Source: Candidatus Handelsmanbacteria bacterium (GTDB lineage: Bacteria > Latescibacterota > UBA2968 > UBA8231). Taken from it: a stretch of 64,000 nucleotides of DNA. The notes below the pieces were generated by a model. It saw nothing but the letters and a program-made list of their open reading frames with translations. It had not been told where the DNA came from and ran no database searches. How positions within the stretch are numbered: position 1 is the stretch's first letter; every line of letters begins with the position of its first letter. This document shows, piece after piece, positions 55,205 through 64,000 of the stretch. The stretch lies in NCBI GenBank assembly GCA_016867395.1, contig VGJS01000018.1:227-64226 (forward strand), in the 5' to 3' direction. The translations under genes and the position numbers were made by a program.

Positions 55205-56428
55205 ATGCGACCCACCGAAGACACCTCCAAAGCCCGACTCCAGGCCGCCCCCGCCGCCGTGCAAGCCTACCGCGACGCCCGCTTCGGGCTCTTTGTCCAC
55301 TGGGGGGTGTACGCTCTGATCGGCCACGGCGAATGGGTGATGCACACCGAGAAGATCCCCTTGCCCGAGTACGAAAAGCTGCCGCCCTGCTTCAACCCCG
55401 CCCAGTTCTCCGCCGAGGAATGGGGCGACCTAATGCTGGCCTCGGGCCAGAAGTACCTGGTCATCACCAGCAAGCACCACGACGGCTTCTCGATGTTCGG
55501 CAGCGCCCTCACCGAATACAAGATCACGCGGACTCCCTTTGGCCGCGACCCCATCGGAGAGTTGGCCGCGGCCCTGGGCAAGCGCGGCCTCAGGCTGGGT
55601 TTCTACTATTCGCTGCTCGACTGGCACCACCCCGCTTACGCCAGCGACTGGCCGGCCTACGTCCGCTACTACCAGGGCCAGGTGCGCGAACTGTGCACCC
55701 GCTACGGGGAGATCGCCCTGATCTGGTTCGACGGGTACTGGCCCGGCCACGAGCCCCCAGGACCCCACTTCCTCGAAAAGGGCTCCTGGGACCTGGCTGG
55801 CACCTACGACTTGATCCACCAGTTGCAGCCCAAGGCCCTGATCGGCAACAACCACCACGTCCCCCCGCTCAAGGGCGAGGACTTCCAGATGTTCGAGCAG
55901 GACCTGCCCGGCGAGAACACAGCCGGCTTCAATTCGGGGAGCATGGGCAAACTGCCCCTCGAATCCTGCCTGACCATCAACAAGCACTGGGGCTACAACC
56001 CCGAGGACCACGCGCACAAGTCCGAGGCCGAGATCATCCGCTTCCTCGCCGAGTGCATCGGCCGCGACAGTAACTTCCTGCTCAACGTCGGCCCCACCCC
56101 GCTGGGCACCATCCATCCCGAGCACGCCCAGCGCCTGCGCGGGGTGGGAAACTGGCTGCGCACCAACGGCGGATCCATCTACGGAACCCGTCCCCTGGCC
56201 CGCCAGGACTGGGGCTACGCCGTCCACAACCCCACGACCGGCAAGGCTTACCTCCATATCCTCAACTGGCCCGGCGCTTCCCTCAGCGTGGAAATCCCCA
56301 CGGTCGCCTCGGCCGCCCTGCTGGCCACCGGCAAATCCTTGCCGGCCCGGCGCGAAGGCGATAAGTTGGTCCTCACCTTGCCCGCCTCGGCCCCCGACCC
56401 GGCGGACACCGTGGTGGTGCTGAACTGA
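55205..56428 (+). CDS. alpha-L-fucosidase (GH29), intact
   Basis: Full ORF, 407 aa: ARFGLFVHWGVYALIGHGEW, YLVITSKHHDGFSMF, GFYYSLLDWHHP, IWFDGYW, FLLNVGPTPLGTI, WLRTNGGSIYGTRP. Confidence 0.9.
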   Translation: MRPTEDTSKARLQAAPAAVQAYRDARFGLFVHWGVYALIGHGEWVMHTEKIPLPEYEKLPPCFNPAQFSAEEWGDLMLASGQKYLVITSKHHDGFSMFGSALTEYKITRTPFGRDPIGELAAALGKRGLRLGFYYSLLDWHHPAYASDWPAYVRYYQGQVRELCTRYGEIALIWFDGYWPGHEPPGPHFLEKGSWDLAGTYDLIHQLQPKALIGNNHHVPPLKGEDFQMFEQDLPGENTAGFNSGSMGKLPLESCLTINKHWGYNPEDHAHKSEAEIIRFLAECIGRDSNFLLNVGPTPLGTIHPEHAQRLRGVGNWLRTNGGSIYGTRPLARQDWGYAVHNPTTGKAYLHILNWPGASLSVEIPTVASAALLATGKSLPARREGDKLVLTLPASAPDPADTVVVLN

Positions 56429-56443
56429 GGATGAGTGATTGCT

Positions 56444-56589
56444 GCGGCGGGGAGACGACCCCGAAGGCCCCTCTTCGGGAGTAGTTGGGAAGGGAAGGAC
56501 GCGCGAGGGGGAGGGGAGAGCGGAGCCAGAGCGAGCGGGGCGGCAAGTCCGCGCCTTGAGCGAGGCCGAAGAGGGTCGCTGCCCGACAC
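56444..56589 (+). repeat. dispersed GC-rich intergenic repeat, copy C (short form without hairpin module)
   Basis: GCGGCGGGGAGACGACCCCGAAGGCCCCTCTTCGGGAGTAGTTGGGAAGGGAAGGACGCGCG...GAGCGGAGCCAGAGCGAGCGGGGCGGCAAGTCCGCGCCTTGAGCGAGGCCGAAGAGGGTCGCTGCCCGACAC. Ends 25 nt before the ATG at 56615. Confidence 0.7.
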
Positions 56590-56614
56590 CTTACCCTATC
56601 TGAGAAAGCCAACT

Positions 56615-57658
56615 ATGGCCGCCGACGAAGAGCTGACCCGATTCGTGCGCGAGGCCCTCGGCAAAGGACTGCGTAGGGCAAAGGTCGAAGAGGTGCTGCT
56701 CCTGGCCGGCTGGGAGGAGGCGCAGGTCCGCAACGCCCTGGCCGCGTACGCCGACCTCGACTTCCCCCTGCCCGTCCCCCGGCCCAAACCCTACCTCTCG
56801 CCCCAGGAGGTGTTCCTCTGCCTGGTGCTCTTCACCGCCCTGTACCTGAGCGCCTTCCACCTGGGCAGCCTGGTCTTCCGGTTCATCGAAGCCGCCCTGC
56901 CCGATCCGGCCGATATGGACCCCCACGTCCGCGAGACCCTCCGCTGGTCCGTCTCCTACCTGATCATCGCCTTTCCCCTCTTCCTCTACGTCGCCCGCAT
57001 CCTAGCCCGCAACGACGCCCGCGCCCCGGCTGCCCAGGTCTCCCCGGTGCGCAAATGGCTCACCTACCTGACCCTCTTCCTGGCCGCCGGCGCCCTGGTG
57101 GGCGACGCCACCGCCCTGGTCTACAACCTGCTCAGCGGCGAACTGACCCCCCCCTTCCTCCTCAAGGTCCTCGCCGTGGCCGCCATCGCCGGGGGGATAT
57201 TCGGCCACTACCTGGGCGAGTTGCGGCGCGACGAACAGAAAGGGCCCTTGGCACCGGCCTCCCACCGCTTTCTCTGGGTCTCCAGCGGGGCAGTGGTCCT
57301 GGCCCTGGGAGGCAGCTTCCTGCAACTCGATGCCCCAGCCCAGGAGCGGGTGCGCCGCCTCGACAACCGCCGGGTGGAGGACCTGCGCCACCTCGCCGGC
57401 GCCGTGGACCTGTACTGGTCGCGGCGGGGGACCTTGCCCGGCACCCTGGAGGCCCTGACCGAGGAGCAGGGTTTTGCGCCCCAGGCCGCAGACCCGACCA
57501 CCGGCCAGCCCTACGAGTACCACGTCCTGGGCGCCCGCGCCTACGAACTGTGCGCCGAGTTCGAGCGCCCCTCGGAAGAGGGGGAGCTGGCCGGCTTCTG
57601 GTCCCACGGGGCGGGGCGGCACTGCTTCCAGTTCGAAGCGAAAAAGTCGGCGCGGTGA
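56615..57658 (+). CDS. DUF5671-like integral membrane protein with C-terminal periplasmic domain
   Basis: Internal ATG MAADEELTRFVREALGKGLRRAKVEEVLLLAGW... of ORF 56435..57658. It has four or five TM segments. The upstream part of the ORF is the translated repeat copy C. Confidence 0.65.
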   Translation: MAADEELTRFVREALGKGLRRAKVEEVLLLAGWEEAQVRNALAAYADLDFPLPVPRPKPYLSPQEVFLCLVLFTALYLSAFHLGSLVFRFIEAALPDPADMDPHVRETLRWSVSYLIIAFPLFLYVARILARNDARAPAAQVSPVRKWLTYLTLFLAAGALVGDATALVYNLLSGELTPPFLLKVLAVAAIAGGIFGHYLGELRRDEQKGPLAPASHRFLWVSSGAVVLALGGSFLQLDAPAQERVRRLDNRRVEDLRHLAGAVDLYWSRRGTLPGTLEALTEEQGFAPQAADPTTGQPYEYHVLGARAYELCAEFERPSEEGELAGFWSHGAGRHCFQFEAKKSAR

Positions 57659-59178
57659 GGCGCCCCCGGCTGCCGGGTGTCGGCAGCAGTCCTAGCCTAC
57701 TGGCGCTCCTGGCCTTGGCCCTGCACCTGGAGACCAACCTCCTGGGCGGGTACGGCTACTTCCGCGACGAGTTGTACTATATCGCCTGCAGCGAGCGCCT
57801 CGACTGGGGCTACGTGGACCACCCGCCCCTCTCCATCCTGCTTTTGCGGCTGAGCCGCCTGCTGCTGGGCGATTCACTTTTCGGCCTGCGCCTGCTGCCG
57901 GCCCTGGCCGGGGCCGGGCTGGTCTGGCTGACCGCGCTCCTAACCCGCGAGTTGGGCGGCGGCCAGCAGGCCGAAACCCTGGCCGCCCTGGGGGTGTTGA
58001 TCGCCCCCATCTGCCTGGGCCTTGGCGATTTCTATTCCATGAACGCCTTTGAGCCCTTGTGCTGGACGGGATGCACCCTGCTGCTGGTGCGCCTGGTGCG
58101 CGGAGAGGAGCCCCGACGCTGGCTCTACCTGGGCGCGCTGGCGGGCCTGGGCCTCCAGAACAAACACAGCCTGGCCTTCTTCGCCGGGGCCGCGCTGCTG
58201 GGCCTGCTGCTGACCCCGCAGCGCCGGCTGCTTTTCAGCCCCTGGTGCTGGATGGGGATGGGCCTGGCCCTGCTGCTAATATTGCCCAATCTGCTCTGGC
58301 AGCACCTGCATGACTGGCCCACCCTCGAATTCCTCCTTAATGCCCAGGCCCAGAAGAACTACCTGCTCTCGCCCCTGGAATATCTCTTGGCCCAGATGCT
58401 CTACCAGCACCCCCTCGCCCTGCCCCTGTGGGCCGCCGGGGCCCTGGCTCTCCTCTTGCACCCGCGCCTGCGGGAATTCCGGTGTTTTGGCATCGCCTTT
58501 ATCGCCCTGCTGGCCTTCTTCGTGATCCAGCGTGGCAAGCCCTATTACCTGTCCCCCATCTTCCCCCTGCTCCTGGCCGCCGGCGCCGTGGCCGCCCAGT
58601 GGCATCTGCGCCCCCGCTGGCTCAACACCTACACCTTACTGCTGGCCCTGGGCGGGGCCCTCACCCTGCCCCTGGCCCTGCCCCTGCTCCCACCCCAACC
58701 CTTCATCCGCTATGCCGCATACCTGGGGCTGGGCGAGGTGAAGACCGAAAGGCATGGGGTTGCGGCCCTGCCCCAGCACCTGGCCGACCGTTTCGGCTGG
58801 CCCGAGCTAGCAGCAAGCGTGACCCAGGTGTACCGCAGCCTGTCCCCCGAGGAGCAACATCAGACCGCCCTCTACACCCAGAACTACGGCGAGGCCGGGG
58901 CCTTGGAGTTCTACGGCCGCCCACAGGGCCTGCCCCCGGTCCTTTGCGGCCACAACAACTACTGGCTCTGGGGCCAAGACCCCTCCACCCCCCAGGTGCT
59001 CATCGCCGTGGGCGGCCATGCCGACAACTACCGGGCCGCCTTCGGCTCCGTGGAGCAGGTCGCCCTCCACACCCACGAGTACGCCATGCCCTACGAGCGC
59101 GACCTGCCCCTCTTTCTCTGCCGCGACCCCCTGCTGCCGCTGGCCAAACTCTGGCCGGCGGCCAAGCGGTACCTATAG
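57655..59178 (+). CDS. glycosyltransferase family 39 (ArnT/PMT-like) membrane protein
   Basis: The GTG at 57655 overlaps the upstream stop (GTGA). GYFRDELYYIACSERLDWGYVDHPPLS, multiple TM segments and a C-terminal soluble domain. The start is uncertain. Confidence 0.75.
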   Translation: MRRPRLPGVGSSPSLLALLALALHLETNLLGGYGYFRDELYYIACSERLDWGYVDHPPLSILLLRLSRLLLGDSLFGLRLLPALAGAGLVWLTALLTRELGGGQQAETLAALGVLIAPICLGLGDFYSMNAFEPLCWTGCTLLLVRLVRGEEPRRWLYLGALAGLGLQNKHSLAFFAGAALLGLLLTPQRRLLFSPWCWMGMGLALLLILPNLLWQHLHDWPTLEFLLNAQAQKNYLLSPLEYLLAQMLYQHPLALPLWAAGALALLLHPRLREFRCFGIAFIALLAFFVIQRGKPYYLSPIFPLLLAAGAVAAQWHLRPRWLNTYTLLLALGGALTLPLALPLLPPQPFIRYAAYLGLGEVKTERHGVAALPQHLADRFGWPELAASVTQVYRSLSPEEQHQTALYTQNYGEAGALEFYGRPQGLPPVLCGHNNYWLWGQDPSTPQVLIAVGGHADNYRAAFGSVEQVALHTHEYAMPYERDLPLFLCRDPLLPLAKLWPAAKRYL

Positions 59179-59209
59179 AAAGGGGCGGCCCCCTGCCGGA
59201 GACCGCCCC
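59176..59209 (-). terminator. candidate terminator hairpin between convergent genes
   Basis: GGGGCGG (59182-59188) / CCGCCCC (59203-59209) with a 14-nt loop. On the minus strand it is followed by TTTCTAT. Confidence 0.35.
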
Positions 59210-59230
59210 CGTGGCACTGCCGATTTCTGG

Positions 59231-62200
59231 CTACTTCAGCAGCAGCGCGCGCACCTGGGTGAACTCCCCGGCCTGGAGCCGGTAGAAGTACACCCCGCCG
59301 GCCATCGCCCGCCCCCCCTCGTCCCTGCTGTCCCACGCCACCCGGTGGAAACCGGGCTCGGCGGGCCCCTGTGCCAGGGTCCGCACCTTCTGCCCCAGCA
59401 CGTCGTAGATCTCCAGTCGCACCGGGGCAGGCTGGGGCAACTGGTAGCAGATCACCGTGGTCGGGTTGAAGGGATTGGGATAGTTGGGCTGCAAGGCAAA
59501 GACCTGCGGCATCCAGCGAGCCTCCACCTGCCGCCAGGCGCTGGGGCTGGCGGAGCCGGCCCTGCGCGTCGCGCGCGGTGGCCTCTCGCACCCGGAAGAG
59601 CCCGCTGGCCTCGGGTCTGAGCGGTCCAAAGTGGAGTTCGGCCAGCAGCCCCTCTGCCGCGCCCTCGCCACCGGTCCGGCCCAGGCCCACCAGCACCTGG
59701 CCGGGCTGTTCCTGCTTTTGCAGCAAGAGCGGCGGGGCCTCGCCACCCTCCCGCAGCAACCGGAAGAGCGCCCGATCGTACTCCACCACCGCCCCGACCC
59801 CGCGCAAGGCCAGGGACTGGGTGCGCAATTCCAGCACCAGCCCTTCCGTGGTAGAGCGGGGGATCAGGGCCAGCCCGCCGGCCACCACCGGCTGCGGCGG
59901 CAGTGCCGCCGGCTTGCCCACCGACTTGCCGAAGAGATCGGCAAAGGCGAAGAAGTGGCCAAAGGCGATGCTGCCGTCCCCGTCCAGGTCATAGGCCCTT
60001 CCGACCTCCGCCGCCGACTTGCCAAAGGCGTCGGCAAAAAGGAAGAAGTCGCTGAAGGCGATGGTGCCGTCCCCGTCGAAATCCGCTTAGGCCAGTTGGG
60101 CCTCGGTCGGGCCGCTCCCGGCCAGGGAGCCGGTCAGTTTGATCTCGCCCGTGCTGAGGCGGGCGAAGATCAGGCTGGAAACCTCCTGCTGGGTCCCACC
60201 CACCTGATTGAGGGCGTAGTTGGTGATGACCATATCGGTGGTGGCGAATTCCTCGGTGGTGGCAAAGGTCAGCCGGCCGATCAGGCCGCCCGCATCGGGC
60301 GCCGCTCCGGCCGTGGGCCTGAGGATAGCCGCCCCGAAGGTAGCCGAATTGTCGGTAGTGATGGCCGGCAACTGCGGCACCGTGCCGCCCCCGGCGATGA
60401 AGACGTTCTCCTCCTCGGCGGTTTCGGGGGCGTACCTGATGAAGCTGAGTTGATCCGGATCGAATTCCACCTTCACCGAGTAGTTGGGCAGGTACCTGAA
60501 AACCCCGTCGCCGGTCTTGTCGAAGTTAAGGTACAGGTCCACCTCCACCAGGGAGCCGGCGGCGATAAGGCCCTGGTTGAATACCTCCTGATCGCCCGAG
60601 GCCGTGTCGAAGTCGAAGGAGAACACTGCCTTGGTCTAGTCGAGGAAGACCGGGGGCACCAGCTTGGCCGTCAGGCCCCGGTGCAAATCGTCCTGGCCGG
60701 TCAAGGACTTGAGGTCCACGGTCTGCGTGGCGACCTGTGCGCCGGCAAACCCTTCGAGGATGCGGAAGGAGAAGCGGCCCAAAAAGCCCACGCCGTCCAC
60801 CGCGGTGGTTTCCATGGCTCCCAGGATGGCCCCGCCGAACTCCACCGTGCCCTCCCTTAAAAGGGGCGATAGAAAGAGGGCGGTGCCATCGTTGGCGCGC
60901 AGGAGATTTGCTTCCTCCGCCTCGTCGGCGGCCTCGAGGAACTCCAGCACTGCCGGATCGTACCCCAGCTTGACTGCGTACCCGGACACGTCTTCGGCAC
61001 CGGAGAGGTACACGTCGAGGGTCAGTTCCCCGCCCTCCTCCAGGTCGGCCAGGGAGGTCAGGCCCTGGTCGTCGGCGTCGAGGTCGATGCTGATCGCCGC
61101 CCCTTCGTTGCAGCCGGGTGGCACGGTCTTGACCGGCACCCCCGTGGCGGTGTCCTCCTCGGCCTCCACCACCACCATAGCCTTCAAATCGATGCCGGTC
61201 AACCGGGACCCTCCGGCCACACGCAGGGCCCCCTCTTAGATGGGGTTGAGTACCTGGCCACTGCCGGTGTGGATCTCGCCGAAGAGCTGGTAGGAACCGG
61301 GCAGCACCCCGTCGATCTGATAGACCCCGTCGGCCACCACCGGGCGGGCGCTGACCAGAGACAGGGTCCGGGGGCCACTGACCTGCATCAGGGTGACCGT
61401 GGCCGCGTCGATCTGATCGGCCTGGTCGCCGCTCAATTCGCTACCCTCCTCGTCCTGGTTCCTGAGGGTCACGCTGCCGGCGATGGCCCCGAAGGACACC
61501 TTGACCGCCCCGGTGCTGAAGGCCAGGTCCACGAGTCGCTGTAGCCGGCTGCCATCCTCGCCCTCGGCCTGGAACACCGAAAACTGGTAGAACTTCCCGG
61601 CCTGCAAGGCCACCGGGAAGACGATGGCCCGATGGTCGGGCTCCAGGCTGAAGTTGCGCAGCAACTGGCCGTTAAGGGCCGCCTCGATGGCCACAAAGCG
61701 CGACTCGGCCCGCAGGGGCTTGTTAAAGGCCACGCGGATGCCGCTTCTGGCCAGGTCTGCCCCGGCGGTGGGCCAGGCCACTGGGCCGGCCCCGCTCTTC
61801 AATTCGACCACCGGGGCATATTGGGAAGCGCCCTGCTGCGCCGCGCCCTGGGCCTGGGTGACAAAGAGCAGTTCGTCGCGGGTGCGCGACTCCCGTACCA
61901 GCACTACTTCCACCCCACGCTGCCCCGGCCGCATCCGCTCGGGGCGCCCGTCCGCACCAGAGACAGTGCCGAAGAGTTCGATGGTGTCGAAGGTCTGGCC
62001 GGGGTTGCGGTACCGCTCCTGGCGCAGGTCAAAGGCCGGCAGGGAGCGCTGGCGCGGATGGGGGGGGCCTGAAGCCCCTGGGCACCTCGACCAGGGCATA
62101 GGCGATGAGCACATACCCGCCGGTCAGGGGCAGGTGCTCGATGGTGAACTCGGGCGTGAAGGTGATGGCCGAAGCGGCGATCTCCCCCTCGTCGAATGCC

Positions 62201-64000
62201 GACAGGCCGAACTCCCTGCTTTCCAGATTTTCGTAGGGCACCAGGCCGACGAAGATCGGCCCCAGGAAGCCCCGGTTGCCGGGCAGATCGGGCAGGAGCA
62301 GGCGGCCGCTGAGGCTGCGGCTGCCGGCAAAGGCAGCCCCGTTGGTGAACACCGCCGTGGCCGCCTCGCCCAACTGGTTGCCCTCCTCGGCCTGTGCCCC
62401 CCGTACCACCACCCGGTAGACGGTGTCCGCAGCCAGTTTGAGGGGCAGGGTGTAGACCGCGCCGCTGGTATCGACCTCCAGCTCGCCCTGCTCCTTTGGG
62501 GGCGGGAGGATCAGCACCTCCTCGGCCTCCAGCAGGGCGGCCTTGTTGAACTCGATCCTGAGCCACCTCCCTAGCCACCCCCACCGCCCCCGACTGCGGG
62601 CCGCAGGAGACCACCTGCAGAGGTTAGGGCAGGGACCCCTGCAGGTCTACCTTTACCTCCTGGTTCGCCGCCACTACCACCGGCTCCGCATGCTGCGCCT
62701 GGAGATCGAGCAGCCCGCCCGGCCCCAGGTTGAGGGTGAGGAAGGCGGCCAGGTGATAAGTGCCCGGGTTGACGTTCTCGAAGGAGAGGCGCGGGCCGTT
62801 GAGCGGCGCCCCGGCTACGATCAGGTCGTCCAGTTCCCCGGCATCCGGGTCCAACCCGCCCGCGGGCGCCTCGGATAGCAGCACCGCGTAGGACTGGCCA
62901 GGCACAAAGCCGGCGTTACCGGGCAGCTCGGCCGGCAGCCGGATCTCGCCGGCCACCGAGGCGGCGGAGATCTCCTCGCCGGTGGAGAACTGGATGGGGT
63001 ATAGTCCGGTGTCGCGGCTGATGACGACCAGTTGATAGACCTTGTCCTCCTCCAGGTCCACCTCGGTCGAGATGGAACAGCCGTCGGCGCTGATCTCCAG
63101 CCCGCCGAAGGACAGAGGCTGCGGGAAGACCATGAACTGAAACTCGGGCTGGAAGAGCAGGTCGTTGACCGGCTGGTTGAAGGTGACCTCCACCGCGCCG
63201 GCGGCGGGGATCTCCACGTCCCCGTCCTCGGGGAAGGAGCCGATCACCCGTCGCCCGGCGCCCTGCTGGCGCAGGAATATCTCGTAGTCAGCCGGATCGA
63301 CCCTGCCGTTGCGGTCCAGGTCCGCAGCCTGGGAGCCGCGCAGCCACTCCTCCTGGCCGGGCAGGTTGGGCTGACCCGGCCGTTGCGATTCCCTGCGGCG
63401 CCTGGCTGAGGCGGATCTTGAAGGCCACCGGCCGGGTCTCGCCCCGGTCGTACCGGGGCGCGGCTGGGCGCCAGGTGGACATAATCGCCCTCCGTTAGCT
63501 CGCCCAGGGCGATGGGCCGGCCGCCCTACCCCTGGATATTGGCGTCGGTGGGCACCTGGAAGAAGGGACCGGCCTGCACCAACTCGCTGTCCTCGACCGC
63601 TTCAAAGGAATGGGTCTTCACCCCAGGGCGCTGGAAGGTCTGCACTGCCGGGTCCACCACCCTTGTGCAAGTGACCACTGAGCCGCGCCTGCCTCCGGGC
63701 CGGGTGTCGATCTCTAGCAGTTCGCTCTCCACCAGATAGTCCAGGCCCACCTTCTCGTCGTCAAGGCCAAAGACCAGGGCGTGGGCATACATTTCGAGGC
63801 GCTCCCCTTCGCGGGAAAGATAGCACCCGCTCTCGTCCACCCCGGCGATGTACCCCTCGACCCGGATCTCCTCCTGGGGAGTTCTCCCGTCGGCGGAGGG
63901 CTCCTGGCCCGGCTGCTGGGTGGGAGGAGCCCCGCCGCCGGCCGCCGCGGCCACCACCACCACCTCGGTGGCCACCGGATGCCTGTCGCCGAAGCCGGGC
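59231..64000 (-). pseudogene. very large surface protein gene (SbsA-Ig-like, cohesin-like and dockerin/EF-hand-like modules, C-terminal T9SS sorting domain), heavily disrupted; 5' end beyond window
   Basis: Ten minus-strand ORF pieces (63526..63975, 63288..63482, 62624..63247, 61904..62614, 62029..62517, 61236..62114, 60636..61220, 60087..60626, 59091..59921, 59231..59746) join into one colinear protein. In-frame stops at 63526 (TAG), 62624 (TAA), 61236 (TAA), 60636 (TAG) and 60087 (TAA). Frame changes near 63450-63480, 63260-63290, 62560, 62060 and 59560. The C-terminus FALQPNYPNPFNPTTVICYQLP...VRLEIYDVLGQKV...GVYFYRLQAGEFTQVRALLLK is a T9SS-type CTD. Confidence 0.65.
59922..60086 (-). repeat. 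tandem pair of dockerin/EF-hand-like calcium-binding repeats inside the surface-protein pseudogene
   Basis: ADFDGDGTIAFSDFFLFADAFGKS ... YDLDGDGSIAFGHFFAFADLFGKS: two DxDGDGxI..xDFF.FAD.FGKS units. Confidence 0.6.

Noticed and set aside
56444-56520. Resemblance of GGGAGTAG / CCCCGAAGG segments in the repeat to yybP-ykoY (Mn) or glycine riboswitch core motifs.
   Set aside because: Only short motif fragments match. The remaining conserved elements of those riboswitches are not visible, and the downstream genes (GH, GT39, methyltransferase) do not fit either regulon. I kept the element as an unclassified repeat.
56435-56614. N-terminal extensions of ORFs 56435..57658 and 48450..48917, and the minus-strand ORFs 10130..10405, 48149..48448 and 56248..56589, as small proteins encoded by the repeat.
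   Set aside because: The similar peptides (for example GATHSGLSQGAPISSPPPPQRPI) merely reflect translation of the nucleotide repeat. Indels between copies break every frame, and there are no RBSs.
60087-62114. Treating the cohesin-like ORF pieces as a genuine operon of separate small genes.
   Set aside because: Only alternative GTG starts are available a few codons after each stop, and there are no RBS-like sequences. The pieces have no signal peptides, although they are extracellular-type modules. All pieces lie in one frame, and only the last piece has the T9SS sorting domain. A single ancestral gene is more parsimonious, although orthologs could overturn this.

Overview
High-GC (by eye about two-thirds G+C) bacterial chromosomal window. 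The T9SS-type C-terminal sorting domains (NYPNPFNP motif) and several FGE-sulfatase domain proteins suggest an uncultured FCB-like lineage; this is inference only. There are three parts. (1) 1-25 kb is an accessory sugar and sugar-acid catabolism region: amidohydrolase, two enolase-superfamily enzymes, two PhyH dioxygenases, Gfo/Idh/MocA, a xylose-isomerase-like TIM barrel, a DUF4091 protein, an APH-like kinase and an AKR. It also holds a small regulatory cluster at 7.2-9.0 kb. (2) 25-46 kb is an intact housekeeping block on the minus strand (nadK, ppiD-like, ABC ATPases, lipoate ligase-like, rnc, fabF-acpP-fabG-fabD-fabH, rpmF, DUF177, ndk), followed by HD hydrolase, rlmI-like and transporter genes on the plus strand. 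(3) 46-64 kb is a glycoside-hydrolase and surface-protein region. Many genes there carry in-frame stops and frameshifts, interleaved with intact genes. Two signals stand out. The first is a dispersed non-coding GC-rich repeat family of roughly 100-200 bp: five copies, imperfect terminal inverted repeats, mostly just 5' of and co-oriented with gene starts. The second is a strongly non-uniform spread of gene-disrupting lesions (nonsense codons, single-nucleotide frameshifts, internal deletions, a mosaic of gene fragments) that spares the housekeeping block. I saw no rRNA, tRNA, CRISPR array, transposase or integrase. All calls come from reading the ORF translations and the sequence by eye; no database search was run.
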